Part shown: positions 1 to 13,319 of the stretch, in pieces | How the letters are laid out: each line of letters begins with the position of its first letter | Position numbering within the stretch: position 1 is the first letter of the stretch | The notes under the pieces: generated by a model | The model's input: the letters and a program-made list of their open reading frames with translations, nothing else | Told to the model about the DNA's origin: nothing | Databases searched by the model: none | From: Selaginella moellendorffii | Lineage: Eukaryota; Plantae; Lycopodiophyta | Direction of reading: 5' to 3' | DNA: 64,000 nucleotides | Assembly (NCBI RefSeq): GCF_000143415.4 | Contig: NW_003314298.1 | Location: forward strand, 1,085,250-1,149,249 | Translations under genes and position numbers: made by a program

Positions 1-164
1 TTAGATCTAAGCCCAAGTTCCATTGCTTGGGTCTAAGACCAAGTTTACTTATATCCTTGCGTTAGGCCACTGGTATGTTGAAATAGTGCCATACTCCATT
101 TGGCTCCATTTTGCATATTGGTCTTGGTATTGGGATGCTGGTTGTTCCAGGACTGTTCCAAGTC

Positions 165-432
165 ACTCTGGGCTCCTGTCCCTTCGCTCCTTCGGCTATA
201 TGCTCGAGAATTGCTCCATGGTCTAGTTTCGTTGCTTCTAGGCTTCATGCTTGGGAGTTTGGCACCGTTCCTTTGTTCAGTGGCCCAAAGCCCTAAACCT
301 CAGGTTCTGCACCACTATCCTTTGGACACGTGGCATGTGTCACATGGCACAAGGAGGGTTAGGTTCCGCTTCATGGTGTTGTCCTATGGTAAATCATTAT
401 ACGATAAAGGGTCAAAACCACGTGCGGTATAG
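165..432. repeat. Dispersed repeat (possible LTR fragment), homologous in inverted orientation to ~15960-16210
   Basis: ggcttcatgcttgggagtttggcaccgttcctttgttcagtggcccaaagccctaaacctcaggttc at ~241-307 aligns with the reverse complement of 16070-16140 (ggctccatacttaggagtttggcttcattcttttgttcagtggcccaaggccttgaaactcaagttc). Shared gtcccttcgct and aaaaccacgt anchors flank it. Confidence 0.65.
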
Positions 433-1472
433 TTCTCTAGTTCTAATGGTTTCCTAGCAAAAATTCCCTCTTCTCAATGGATTTCTTGATGATGGGCTCT
501 CTATATTGCTTCATGAAGAGCTCTTGGTGATCTTAGTAGACGATCTTGAGAAGTATAACTTGGTTATAGTTTTTCTTTGGCTACTTGATCGCTAATCTCT
601 GTACAGCCCTCTTGCTTGAGCAATACTATTGCCAGGCAAGCCTAGTACCTAGAGTAGTGCAAAATGCCCTTGCATTCATCTGCAAAACGGATAAAATGAA
701 AAAAGAGAGAAAGATACCTAGTTACCACATCTAGAACTCTTCTGAACTAGCACATTGTCACGAAATCCAACACTTGTCCAAAGATCTTAAACATATCGAA
801 GATCCTATTGCCATGACCGATGAACATTGCATTCCAGTTGAGTGGCACGTCCTGATGCTACAACACCTCGCTCCACCACCAGGAGGATGATCAATCTTGC
901 TCCAATCACCAAATCTTCCTCACAGCCTTGGGCTGCTATTGTTGCTTGAGCAATCTTGATGCCTAGATGACAAGTGCAGCCACAGTCAACACATTTGCAT
1001 GTGACATGTGTCACCAGGTCTTCCTTTCTCACCCACGCAGTTTGGCCACCTGGCCAAGAGCAAATATCAGTGTGATTATTCACTAATACGTGGTTAAAAA
1101 AATAACCCCTTTACACTATCAGACGGCTGGGATTGGCTGGATCCAGCGGCCCAGAAAGTTCAGCAACTCCTTATCATGATAGATAATTCTTTAGAATCAT
1201 CAACAATCTTTTTCAATAAATAAAAGTCAAAATAAATCAATAATGCACTGGACATCCCATAGCTTAGACACAAGAACGGGTCACAAGCTCCTTGAATTTT
1301 GTCATATTGCAAAAGTCTGGATTCTCAACAGCACTGGAGATCTGTCATGCCCAACCAACCATCGCTGTTCATCTTGTGACCCGTTCTTGTGTCAAACGTG
1401 TCTAAGCTATGCTAAGCCAAGCTTGAGCTAAGAGCTTGGCTTGTGGTATTGACAAACAATTAGCAATTCAAA

Positions 1473-3013
1473 ATGTTTTGGGCAGTGGTGCTCCTCCTTC
1501 TCACAGCTCTCATTTTCAAGCAATGGCTCTCCAGCAAATCACTAAATCTCCCGCCAGGTCCCAGAGGATTACCACTCATCGGCCACTTCCATCTCCTGGG
1601 CAGGCTCCCACACATCTCACTCCAGCAGCTCTCCAGGAAGTTTGGACCGCTCCTTCACTTACGCGTGGGATCCGTCCCCTTGGTTGTAGTTTCCAGTCCA
1701 GCCATGGCCAAAGCATTTCTCAAGACCCACGACACGGAATTCGCCTACAGGCCTCGCAACAACGTGGTTTCCATAGTCACGGATTACAAAACCATAACTT
1801 TCGCTCATGGAGACTACTGGAAGAAGCTGAGAAAGCTTTGCACCACTGAGCTCTTCACAGCCACGAGGGTCAGCATGAACACGCAGATCATCCGGGACGA
1901 GCTGTGGGAGCTCAGTCGCGAGCTCTTGAGAGCTTCTGAGGCTGGCCAGGTTGTGGGAGTGAGATCACACTTGAAGGTTCTGAACTTCAACATCATGACT
2001 CGCATCCTTATGAAGAAGAGTTACTTTGGAGCCAAGGCCTCGGGCGATCCCGCCATTGCCAAAGAGGCATTGGATTTCATTGATATGATTGATGAGATCC
2101 TCGAGGTGGGAGCGTCATTCTCGATCACTGACTATTTCCCCTACTTGAGCTGGCTCGACTTGGTTGCTGGCCGCGCAAGGGTGGCTGGGCATAAGATGAA
2201 TGGTTTCTTGCAGAAGGTTTTAGACGAGCAGCGTCCCGGTGAGGTTCCTGATTTCGTGGAGATCACAAGGTCTTGCCTTGGAAACGATGCGTTCAATCTC
2301 AAAGCTTTGCTCTTGGTAAGTATAAGAACTTCGAAATTTGTATAGAAACTTGTGATTTCTTTTGTGATCAGGATCTACTTGTTGCTGGATCTGAAACATC
2401 ATCCACAGTGAGCGAGTGGGCCCTGGCAGAACTTCTTCACCACCCAGATTGGATTATCAAAGCTCAACAAGAGATCGAGAGTGTTGTGGGACGCAAACGC
2501 ATGGTCGAAGAGGCAGACATATCCAAGCTTGAGGTCGTAAATGCCATCATCAAGGAAACATTTCGTCTCCACCCTCCTCTTTCTTTGCTCTTACCACATG
2601 CATCAATTGCAGCCCACAAGGTTGCTGGCTATGACATCCCCAAGAACACAATGCTACTTGTGAATGTCTATGCGATTGGAAGAGACCCTCAAGTTTGGAG
2701 TGATCCTCTGGAGTTCCAGCCCCAGAGATTCATTGGCAGCAACATGGGTGTCCACGGCCAAGACTTTGAGTTGCTTCCATTTGGATCTGGAAAGAGGTCT
2801 TGCCCGGGCCTTCCTCTGGGTCTCAGGACCGTCCAACTTGTTCTTTCCAATCTTCTTCATGGATTCGAGTGGCATTTCTCAAGCAGTGAAAAAGATCAGC
2901 CCATGGGTGAAGTTATGGGTTTTGTAAACTTCATGGCACACACTCTCAAAGCCAGGATCAAGCCCAGACTCGATGAAGATGTCTACAGCACGCTCAAGTT
3001 GACTTTGAAATAA
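1473..3013 (+). CDS. Cytochrome P450, CYP71 clan (A-type); 2 exons (1473-2315, 2372-3013)
   Basis: N-terminal TM anchor, LPPGP hinge, I-helix AGSETSS, ETFR (ExxR), PERF-like FQPQRF and heme motif PFGSGKRSCPG. One 56-nt GT-AG intron at the usual CYP71-clan position. Confidence 0.95.
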
Positions 3014-3411
3014 CAGTAACATATATTGATTTGATTCGCATAGCGCTTTAGGTGGATGGAATCATCTTAGGTGTCAACATTTGGGAGATGGTAGTTATCA
3101 TAAACAGTACGGGAATTTCGGGCATAGATGAGAAGAAGTGTGTTTTCTCTTTTAGAAAGGAGAGTGTATTTCTTTGTAACTTGGTGGAAATATAACGTTC
3201 TTAAGTTTGTAATAACAATTTAACTGTGTTTGTTGGAGAAAGTTCGAAGTAAAACCATGAGTCCGTTAAAATCCATAAACTGGGTTTGTTAGCGCCACAG
3301 TTCTACAGGGATTTAGGGTTTCCACGATCGAGCGGATCGATCAATCGATCGAGAGGTATTCTCGGTTTGCTTGCCGCGCATCCGATTGCAGCTCTCCGGA
3401 TCTCGTCATCC

Positions 3412-4630
3412 ATGGCGATCAAAGGAGGCAAGAGTGCGAGGCGCGCGCTGTGGACGACGGTGCTTGCGATGCTCCTCCTCATGTCGCTTCTGCTCTTGAT
3501 TCTCCTGGCGGTGGGATTGCTGGGGGTTCCATCGGGAATCGCTCCTCCGGAGGGGGATATTACCTTGCGGCTACCAAAGGATTTGCTAGAAATGTGGGTG
3601 TTTCTGTTTGGTAATTTTTCCATGTTCTTCTCATCTTCGTAACTCTTTTTTTTTTTTTTTTTGTTCCAGGCCCGTGTGGACTGAGACCATTTCCTGGCAA
3701 CCGCGAGCATCCGTCTTTCACAATTTTTTGGTGAGAGGATTTTCTTTCCTTCGTGGCTCTGCTAGATCTTTGAGCTGACGCTGTGGTGATTGATCCGATC
3801 CAAACAGTCTAGCGAGGAATGCGATCATTTAATACGCCTAGCACAGCCCAATATGAAGAGATCCGCCGTCGTAGACAACCAGACTGGAAAGAGCAAGGAC
3901 AGCAGGTATCATAAATTCCAGGCTAGAACTTTAGAAAAACTCAAAAGAGAATGCTTTGCTTCCAGGGTCCGGACCAGCTCTGGCACTTTCCTTCGACGAG
4001 GACAAGACGAAATAATCTCTCGGATCGAGGAGAGGATCGCAAAGTTCACGTTTATCCCCAAAGGTGATCTCTCTCGGCGTGTAGAGTTTTTGCGGGTCTA
4101 AACACCTGGTCGGCGTCTCTAGGCAGAGCATGGAGAAGGTCTCCAAGTACTGCACTATGAAGTGGGCCAAAAGTATGACGCGCATCACGATTACTTCCAC
4201 GACAAGGTTAACACGAAGAACGGTGGACAGAGAGTTGCGACCGTGCTCATGTATCTGTGAGTGAACTTGAATGGTTTGTTCTAGCTTCTCTGCTAAATAA
4301 CCTTTGCTCTTCTGTAGATCGGATGTGGAAGAGGGGGGAGAGACTGTGTTTCCGAGCGCAAAAGTGAACAGCAGCTCGGTTCCATGGTGGGATGAATTGT
4401 CCGAGTGTGGGAAGAAAGGCGTGTCTGTGAAACCACGCAAAGGAGATGCGCTCTTGTTCTGGAGCATGTCGCCCGACGCAGAGCTCGACCCTTTTAGTTT
4501 GCATGGTAAGAAAACTTATGCTTTCTTTGGTTTTGCTTCTAACAAGTGATTGGATTCAGGGGGGTGCCCAGTGATCAAAGGCAACAAGTGGTCAGCAACT
4601 AAATGGATGCACTTGAGAGAGTACGTATGA
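3412..4630 (+). CDS. P4H: Prolyl 4-hydroxylase (2OG-Fe(II)), type II membrane protein, multi-exon
   Basis: N-terminal TM, then WTETISWQPRA, VRTSSGTFL, EHGEGLQVLHYEVGQKYDAHHDYF (HxD), GGQRVATVLMYLSDVEEGGETVFP and LHGGCPVIKGNKWSATKWM across short GT-AG introns. Confidence 0.95.
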
Positions 4631-4965
4631 GAGCAATAAATCTAATTAACACTGAAACTTCTCCTCAAAAACCATGAGAATCAGTTTATCTGTGTGATGT
4701 TCTATGTCCCTGATAAGGATCCACAGTTCTCACCTGGAACTTGGAGACTTGTGACTCCGTAGTCATAGACACACCAAGCTTTGGAAAACCAAAGATAGAT
4801 ATATCATGATCACATCTTTTCTTCTTCTGGTGGATCAACACACACACACCGGTATCTTAGAAGATAATATTTGCGATTCATCAAAACAACGTTACAAGTT
4901 TTTTCTAATATAAACTTGTTTTGTCTAAACTATAATTTAATTAAAATATAATTTAACTAGAATAT

Positions 4966-5934
4966 TTAAAAAGAATTGATCCATATGCATGTTTGATCTC
5001 TTATATCATTCACGACAATATGCCCCGATGACTCGATGCACATAACATAGAGAAGACCACACCAGCGCCCACAGTTCTTGTTGTTGCTCCACATAACCTT
5101 CCGATTCTCATCATAAACAACAAGCTCTCCATTCAACTGCAGCCTCATGTAACATTCTCTCCCCCAATTCTGTGTGTTGGTTGCCCACACCGCCTGATTC
5201 CCAAGATATAAAACAAGGTTGCAATCTGTTTGCATTCGGAGAAAATAAACTCCATCAGCAGATTCAAGATAGCCATCAGTATCAATGCGTGAGATGTTCG
5301 AATCCTCCCCCCCACTCCACAAGCAAGACTTATAAACCCAACAATCTGGTATGTGCTCTTCATCGTCGCCAGGACGATCCAAGAGCTCTGTAACATTCCC
5401 AAGTTGTAGATAGCCAAGGCTTTTGCTACGATTCACATGATACTGGTCGAGTATCCTAAGAGAGTCCGAGTCCGAGTCAGAGGCTTCATACACAGTGTAC
5501 CTGATCCAGAGCCTCTCGTGAATAATCTCCATAGCAGCATAGTTTAGCCTTGTCAACTCGAGATTAGCAAGAATATTGTAGAGATTCATGAAGCCCATCA
5601 TCAGCCTTGTGCCGGGCCTCTGGACAATCCCCAGCGATGGGAAGATACTACACATGAGAAGCTCGTCCAAAACACTCCTCCACGTCTCGGCAATGCCAAT
5701 TGTTATGGAGACCATACGACCTTCGACCTCCAGAGTGGCATCTCCAAATGTTAATCCAGCTGAATACGACTGGACCCTGGAGATGCGCATGATAACTTCC
5801 ACAATCTTGCGGAAGATCATTGTGCGGCTGGACGAAAGAATGTTTCCAGGGCCTCCTCGCCGAACAATCACTGAAACACATCCACTAGAGAGGATTGTCA
5901 AAATAAGAGCAGCAACAGCAGTAGCGATTTTCAT
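4966..5934 (-). CDS. Secreted protein: unknown N-terminal domain plus C-terminal bulb-type (GNA/B-) mannose-binding lectin domain, copy 1
   Basis: Intronless 322-aa ORF with signal peptide. C-terminal QTDCNLVLY (QxDxNxVxY) and VWATNT motifs. Two paralogs lie at 29.3 and 31.4 kb. Confidence 0.85.
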   Translation of the reverse strand: MKIATAVAALILTILSSGCVSVIVRRGGPGNILSSSRTMIFRKIVEVIMRISRVQSYSAGLTFGDATLEVEGRMVSITIGIAETWRSVLDELLMCSIFPSLGIVQRPGTRLMMGFMNLYNILANLELTRLNYAAMEIIHERLWIRYTVYEASDSDSDSLRILDQYHVNRSKSLGYLQLGNVTELLDRPGDDEEHIPDCWVYKSCLWSGGEDSNISRIDTDGYLESADGVYFLRMQTDCNLVLYLGNQAVWATNTQNWGRECYMRLQLNGELVVYDENRKVMWSNNKNCGRWCGLLYVMCIESSGHIVVNDIRDQTCIWINSF

Positions 5935-7581
5935 TCTTTTCTATTGTGAGGTTTGTATGAAGAGAAGAAGGAACCATTTCTATGTCACACCTTCTCTCAT
6001 GACATTTGAAACTTATATTCAAGTGTGCGAATATACTTTAGAAAGTCCACCGTGACTTTGTTATAGCTGTTGGATGGAAGCATAAAGTCTAAGGGGAGAA
6101 AATGAAAACCTGTCATACATGTAAAAAATCTTGAGTGTAGTGTCAACACACAGTGTATTATGTAATGCATTGTTATGTAGACATTGTTGCAATAAGAATG
6201 GTTGACAAGAGCAAGCTCATACTCAAAGTAGCATATATGTGCACACGAAGTGTGAATGATCAAGCAGCTCAGCTGGCAACCATCCCACAGTGGCCTGGGT
6301 TTGTGAAGAGGATCAAGTAGAGGAAAGTCATTAGGGCCAACATGCAATTTTTTGAGAAGCTCTCTCAAATGTGTTGATAAGGTTGCATGATGTTTTTCAC
6401 TCATTGCCATGATTGTTGAATTTCACAACTTAGGAGACAGTTCAAAGATATGGCTTGGGTTCAGTAATTAAACTATTAAATTATAAATATTATAACTGAT
6501 AATAAAGATAAGTATTAAAAACATTAATTTGTTGTATTTAATTTCAAGTATTTCAATGCAGAGCAACCACAACAATTATTTTGCTACTTGCTTCCCATCT
6601 GAGAATATCGCAAACGAAAATTGAGTAAAATTAGGATTAAAAACCAAATATAATTAAAGAGTGAAGAAAATGGATAATTTTCTTTTAAAACAAATTATTA
6701 GTATATAATAAAACACTTTTAAAAGTAAATACTGCTATGTAAATTTTGATATCTAACTTAATATATTACAAAAATATTAAGTTTTTATTTTTTGAAAAAA
6801 ATTAAAAAATTGTGAAGCCTCTGGACAATCCTCAATGTGTAAAAATTATATAATGATTAAATGTGATAATAGATTAGAGTATCATTCAAAACCTAAAACT
6901 TAGATATTAAAATTATTATAATTATATTATTTTAAAATTAATTCACTTTATTTAAATAAAATATTTATGTTTATAAAAGATTTATATTCTTAAAATTTAT
7001 ATAAAATTTAATTTTTGTTTTCTCCTCAATTAGCAAAACATTATAAAGCACACTTGCATATAGATTATGAACAATACAAGTGATAATTCCATAAAGTAAT
7101 TTTTTTAATATAGTTTTTTTATTTAATCTATCAATTTAACTTTAGATAAAAGAATAAAGAAATATTATTTTGATAATTTTATTTCTTCCTTCCATTTTCT
7201 CAATCTCTTTAATCAATGTTATTCATATTATTCTATATATATATAATACTTAATTTAGATATTAGAATTTCTATCAAATTATTCTATGTAAAGATAGATA
7301 ATGTGTAATTTAGAAAATTCTGGTAGATGAATCATTAATAACTGAAGCATAGACTATATAATTCTCTCTTCAAAAATGTTTTAAAATTCTTAAATTTAAT
7401 ATCTATGAATCTTGATTAACATTTAGGTTAGAGGTGATAATTTGACACTAAAGTGTTTAAAATATACAAGAAAACTAAGGTTCATGCAAATGCTGGGGCC
7501 GCTGAGAATTTCGGACGGGTATCATTCAAATGGGAGCTGGGAGTTGCTATCCAACGGCTGGGCGATCGTCTTCTCTAGCAG

Positions 7582-9540
7582 ATGGACAGGGCGGGGATCA
7601 AGGATGCCGTAAAGAGGTTGGAGCTTGGTGGTTGGCCGGTGGACACTACAACTTACGCAGATCTTCTACGACATTGTGGCAATGCTAAGGCTCTTGCAGA
7701 AGGCCGGAAGATTCACGAGCTTGTAGCGAGTTCCGGGCATAGGGAGGATCCATTTCTGGGGAACTTGCTCATGAGAATGTATGGCAGCTGCGGGAGATTG
7801 CAAGAGGCTCTGGAAGTTTTCAACAATCTCAAGAGAAGGGACGTGTTCTCCTGGAATGTGATGCTGGCGGCGTATGCCCAGAACGGGCATCTCTAAGAAG
7901 CAGCTGAGGTGTTTGATCGAATGCCACTGAAGAGCTCCTCCTCCTGGAACGCGATGATCACGGCTTACTCTCTCGTCGGGCGTGTGCTGGAAGCGAGAAT
8001 GCTCTTCGATAAGATGATCGAGAGGACAGTCATCTCTTGGAACACCATCATCGTCACGTATGCCCAGAACGAGCATCCCGCGGAAGCTCTCTACATGTTT
8101 AAGACGATGGACTTGAGTGGATTCCAGCCCAACAAGGTGAGCTTCCTCGCAGTGCTCAACGCTTGCGGTAACGCTGGACTGCTTTCTCAGGCCAGGATAG
8201 TTCACTGCTTGGTGATCGAGAGTGGCTTCCAGTCGGATATCATGGTCGCCACCCATGTATGGGAAGTGTGGAAGCCTGGACGATGCCTTGGCGGTGTTCC
8301 ATGCGCTTCCTAACCGAGACGTGGTGGCTACCAACGCGATGATCACAGCGTACGCTCAGAACAAATACTAGCCACAAGCCAGGGAGCTCTTCGAGAGCAC
8401 GAAGCGGAAGAGTATCATTTCCTGGAACACAATGATCGCTGCCTACATCCAAGCCGGTGAAATCCAGGAAGCTAGAGCCTTATTCGATCGAATGGAGCTG
8501 AAGAATACGGCCTCCTGGAACACCCTCTTGGCAGGCTATGCTCACAGCGGACACCTCCAAGAAGCTCTAACGCTCTTCGCGATCATGGACTTGGAAGCTC
8601 CGCCGGACAAAGTTACCTTTGTGACGATGCTCGACGTTTGCGGGAACCTCAAGAACTCGGCAGCCGGGGAGGAGATCGACGCGGCAGTGACTTCAAGTGG
8701 CCTCTGGCAAGACGTGACGGTCGGGACGCGCTCGTTTGCATGCACGGGAGGTGTGGACGAATGGAGCTCGCCAGGAGCCTGTTCGAGAGGATGGAGCACA
8801 GAGATGGCGTGCTGTGGACGACGATGGTGGCAGTCTACGCGCAAAACAATCTCCTGGATCAAGCCCGGGCTACGTTCGACGCGATGCCGGACAAGCTCTC
8901 GCTCGTTGCCCCCTGGAACGCGATGATCTCGGCCTACGTCCGCTGCGGAGAGAATTCATCCGGAGTGATGCTCTTCCTCCTCATGGACCTGGAAGGCGGC
9001 CGAGCGAACGAGATCACGCTGGTCTGCGTCTTCGAGGCTTGCACCACTCCATCCCAGCTCGCCACCGGACGAAGAATCCACACGGCCCTGGAACGCTCTG
9101 GCGAGAACCAGCTGCTAAACCATCCGGCCGTGAGAACCTCGCTCGTCAACATGTCTGGAAAGTGTGGCAAGCTTGCGGAAGCTCGGGCCATCTTCGGCGC
9201 GGTTGCAGCGTCCCAGCGCGGAGATCTGGTGCTCTTCTCGGCGATGATCGCGGCCTACGCGCAGAGCGGCCACAGCAAGGAATCGTTGGAGCTCTTTGGC
9301 GTCATGGCTCTCGATGGTATACTGCCGACGGACGTCACGTTTATCAGCGTCTTGGCGGCGTGCAGCCACGCGGGCCTGGCCAAGGACGCGCGGTACCACT
9401 TTCGTGGCCATGGCTGGCGACTCGAGCTTGGATCACTATATCTGCATGGTGGACGTGTTGGGGAGGTCCGGAAAGGTGGCGGAGGCGGGGTGTGATGCCG
9501 TTTGTGCCGGATGCTGTGGCGTGGAAGACTTTGCTGGAAG
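7582..9540 (+). pseudogene. PLS-class pentatricopeptide repeat (PPR) pseudogene
   Basis: Repeated SWNAMI/AYAQNG, MYGKCG and TFISVLAACSHAG motifs plus an E-domain-like HYICMVDVLGRSG and PDAVAWKTLL. Broken by in-frame stops (7894, ~8368) and frameshifts (~8255, ~8725, ~9405, ~9490). Confidence 0.9.
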
Positions 9541-10166
9541 AGATGAACAGTGCAGTACCCATCATAGCTGTTGGTCACATGGGCATTTTAATCATTGCAA
9601 TTTACAAAGCCAAACAAGCCTTTGGAAACAAGATAATCTTAAGTCCGTACAGACAGAGGGACGAAATAACGACCTTGATTGACATCTTTCTTAATAGCAA
9701 AGAAGTGGAAGAAAGAAATTTATTTAAGAGAAGGAAGGGAAAAAGGTGAATGCTCCAGTAACAAGCTCCACGAAATGAAGAAGATGGCAGTAGGGCAGCG
9801 AGCAGCAGCATTGTAAAGAGAATATTTGGCTGGCCATGGCGTGTGAAGAACCAGAGGAGCCACCTCCACTGCTCTGGGAGTCGTGAGGCCGCAATGCGAG
9901 GTAACAATCCCATGCCATCAATCTAGGAGCTGGGCTGTGCAGTTTTTCGCGCGAATCGCTCGCATTCCCGCTGCTCTGTCGTGGGTCGAGGCCGCGGCCG
10001 GCGATTGGCGCCGAATCGGGCGCGCCCACCAGCGCAATCGCGAGTGGGAAACAGAGCAGTGGCTGGAATGGAGCTAGATCTGCCGAATTCGCTCGGAATC
10101 TGAGCGCTTGGGTGTGAATCTGAGGGTGCCCTGTGCGTGTCTGTGCCTCCAGAATCGTAGGAATCC

Positions 10167-11458
10167 ATGGGAGGCAAAAAGGGTGGGAGTACCTGGTTCT
10201 CTGCCGTCAAAAAGGCGTTTAGATCGTCTTCTTCCTCCCCTTCTAAGGACGATTCGAGCAAGAATGCGAGCCCCGCGCTCCATCCTGATCCGGTACGTAT
10301 AGAGCATCCCCGACCATCTTTTCTCTCTGGATCTAAAACATCGATGAATGACTATACTGGTGAATGATGTGTCGTCTTCGTGTTCTCGCAACGATCTCTC
10401 ATGGAAACTAAATGTTCTCTGTCTCTCTGGATAGATCGATGTAGTCCAAAAGGAGAAGAAGCGATGGGGATTTCGCAGATCTTCCCGCCGCGGAGGGAGC
10501 AACGCCAGCAAGCCTCCATTGATCCAGGCGGAAGAACAGCAGAGCAAGCACGCCATGGCCGTGGCTGTCGCCACCGCCGCCGCCGCCGAGGCCGCCGTGG
10601 CTGCTGCTCAAGCCGCTGCCGCGGTGGTCCGCCTCACTGGATCGCGCAGGAGCGAGGACTGGGCCGCCATAAAAATCCAGACTGCCTTTCGAGGCTACCT
10701 GGTAAGCACTCGCGAGTCCTCCATTTCCTGTCTTCCTACGTGAAAGAAAGATGATGATGCAGTATAGAACTTTCTTTCGCTGTTCTTGATTTGTGGATTG
10801 ATTGGCAGGCACGGCGAGCTTTGCGAGCGCTCAAAGGATTGGTGCGTCTGCAAGCTTTAGTGCGTGGCCACTCGGTGAGGCGCCAAGCAGTGACAACTTT
10901 GCGTTGTATGCAAGCTTTGGTGCGAGTGCAAGCTAAAGTGCGAGCCAGGAGGATCAGCCTGTCCGAGGAAGGAAGGAAGCAAGAAGATCTCCTTCTCAAA
11001 CCATCCATGGTGAGCTCTCTGGATCCAAACTTCTAGTCCTCCTCCATGGCCAGCTCTTGCTTAGCTTGTTTCTTGGTGTTCCAGGCCGTGGATACAAGCG
11101 GCTGGAACGACAGTACCCAGACAACGCAGGAGCTCCAGGCAAAAATGCAAACTCGCCAAGAAGCTGCCATCAAACGCGAGCGAGCGCTAGCTTATGCCTT
11201 CTCACATCAGGTAAGTTCTTCCGATCGACCATTGTTTTCGTCCTGTTAGCTTGCGAAGTTTTGATGTCTCTCTCTCTCTCTCTCTCTCTCGTGATCTTGT
11301 CACAGTTATGGAAAGATGGCGATGCGCAGCTCCTCATGGACTACGATTCCGACAAGCCACACTGGGGATGGAGCTGGATGGAGAGATGGATGGCAGCTCG
11401 GCCATGGGAGAGCAAAGTCAGTCCTCAAGACGAGGCCGAGCTCCTCCTCCTCCAGCAC

Positions 11459-11489
<31 letters not shown>

Positions 11490-12097
11490 TCAGATCATCC
11501 TCTCGAAAGTCATCGCCATCGCCAAACCTCCGAAACATCTCCACCACCAATCCCGGGACACCAGGAACCCAGACTCCAAAGAAGCACCACCTCCGCTCCT
11601 CGGGAGTGAGCCCCCGGAGCCTACGAACCGCGCTGCTCAACACCGCCGCCTCCGCCATCATCGCCAACGACGATCAAAACAGCGTTGCCTCCACGGTTCG
11701 CAGCACTCCCAGCTTGCCCGTTGGAGCTTTCGCTCGCTTCGCAAACAAGTCGAGCATCGCGGCCAGCTCCATCCGCGACGACGAGAGCATCGAGAATTGT
11801 ATCTCCCCGGCGGCCTCGTCCAACGTCGCCATGGTTCCAAACTACATGGCCGCCACCGAGTCGGCTCGAGCCAAGGCGAGGTCTCACAGCACTCCCAGGC
11901 TTCGTCCGGGAACTCCGGAGAGAGATCTGGTGCTGGGCGCTCGCCGGAAGCTCTCGTTTCACGAACACGGAGGAGGAGGTGGAGCTCTGGCTCACTCGGG
12001 ATCCATGAGAGCTGCCTCGAATCCAAAGTCGGCCTTTTATGCGCAGAGGAGTCCTAGTCTCAAGGGCTTTGATTCTCATGCCACTGCTGCTGCTTGA
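10167..12097 (+). CDS. IQD: IQ67-domain calmodulin-binding protein; ~5 exons
   Basis: [18 protein letters not shown] start; IQ67 domain [13 protein letters not shown]|[20 protein letters not shown] with the conserved phase-0 intron; [13 protein letters not shown]; [16 protein letters not shown]; [13 protein letters not shown]. Confidence 0.95.
11267..11290 (+). repeat. (CT)n microsatellite in an IQD intron
   Basis: Direct ctctct run. Confidence 0.9.
11454..11489 (+). repeat. CAG/CAA repeat encoding a poly-Gln tract in IQD
   Basis: cagcagcagcagcagcagcaacaacagcaa gives [12 protein letters not shown]. Confidence 0.9.
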
Positions 12098-12437
12098 TCT
12101 ATCATCTATGCGTGACCTTCATCTTCTTTGTTTTCTTTCTCTTTTCCTTCCTTGCTGCTTTGGATTGTAAACTAACACTTGTGACAAATCATACTAGCAA
12201 TTTTGTGTTTCTTAATATTATTGTTTTATATTATAAAATTATCGTTAACATATTTATTTTGTTATTGTTATGAAAATTCCAAAGGGGAAACTTATATATT
12301 TCGGGGAAAATGTAATTAATAGCATATTATTGTCGTCAAATTAGGGCTGACAGAGCTTGCCCTAAAGTCATTTTTTCCCGCCAAATGGGTCATTTGAGCG
12401 ATTCTAGGGCTACTTCGCCAAATAGGATCGAGAGACA

Positions 12438-13186
12438 ATGCAGCGCCGGCAGCTGTTAGAGAAGATCTACGCACCCTTTAAGGGTCTTCTGGAGCACTCC
12501 CAAGAATACAACGCGCTTGCTGCATCAGGTCAGGTATGGGAGACGTGGTTCCAGCCATTCAGCAAAATGGATGTCGATTTGAGGTATCAAGAGGGTCACC
12601 GAAAGATTCTAGATGCCCTGCGCAGTTTCACAGTGGTGAAAGAGGACCTGTTTGCAGCTCGGCTTGTGAGACTTGTAGCACCCAACTTTCTCCAGTTTGA
12701 TGATGCGAGTGGTGTACGCCCAGACTTTAGCTCCTTGCTACGTAGCGGCAGGGCACCAGGATTTAGCGACGAAGAGGTACAGATCACAGCAAACACACAA
12801 GAAGCCATCAACAGGATGCTTGAGAATCAGGCTTACATAGGACTGGAGGAAGAGAAGGAGTACCATAAGATCCTCCTGCAGAAGACCACGCAAGAAAACG
12901 TTGCTTGGTGGTCTCCCTCAATCGTGCAAAGTGCGGGTCAGTACAGGAAACATCCGCTGCGACCAGCTTTTTACGAGGAGCAGGTTTATCCTTGGATATG
13001 CTCATGAAGAGATTCCACTGCTGGCAAGTTTCACTCCGTCAGAACTCCTCTCTCAATGGGATCATTGTGGCATGCAGGATCATGATTGCATTTTTGCAGC
13101 TTCATCCCTTCCATGATGGAAATAACCGGTTAGCAAGGTTATGCCTAGCTAACAATCTCCTGAAGTTTGGCTGCTTACAATTCTAA
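12438..13186 (+). pseudogene. Fic/DOC-domain gene, intronless, frameshifted near 12990
   Basis: ORF 12438-13007 ends in a Fic flap-like AGQYRKHPLRPAFYEEQVYP. The overlapping frame continues LDMLMKRF...IIVACRIMIAFLQLHPFHDGNNRLARLCLANNLLKFG, matching HPFxDGNGRxxR. Confidence 0.75.
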
Positions 13187-13319
13187 TTTTATCAATCCTC
13201 ATGTCCAGAAAACAAGATCTTTGTCAAGAATTACTAGCAACATTATAGGACACCGGCTCCGAATTTTTCAGCTCGAAAAACACCGCGCGCTGCTTGCCAC
13301 TTCTTGGGGCCCGACAGCA

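Noticed and set aside
600-1083. Minus-strand fragment with a WNAM-like PPR word and an intron-like segment
   Set aside because: Only a single short motif amid stops; not enough to call.
6450-7480. Extremely AT-rich stretch (also 40200-40860 and 48800-49560) as MITE or Helitron
   Set aside because: No terminal inverted repeats, target-site duplications or Helitron ends could be identified by eye.
7582-9540. PPR stops rescued by RNA editing or introns
   Set aside because: There are several frameshifts and deletions without suitable splice sites, and plant C/U editing acts on organellar rather than nuclear transcripts.
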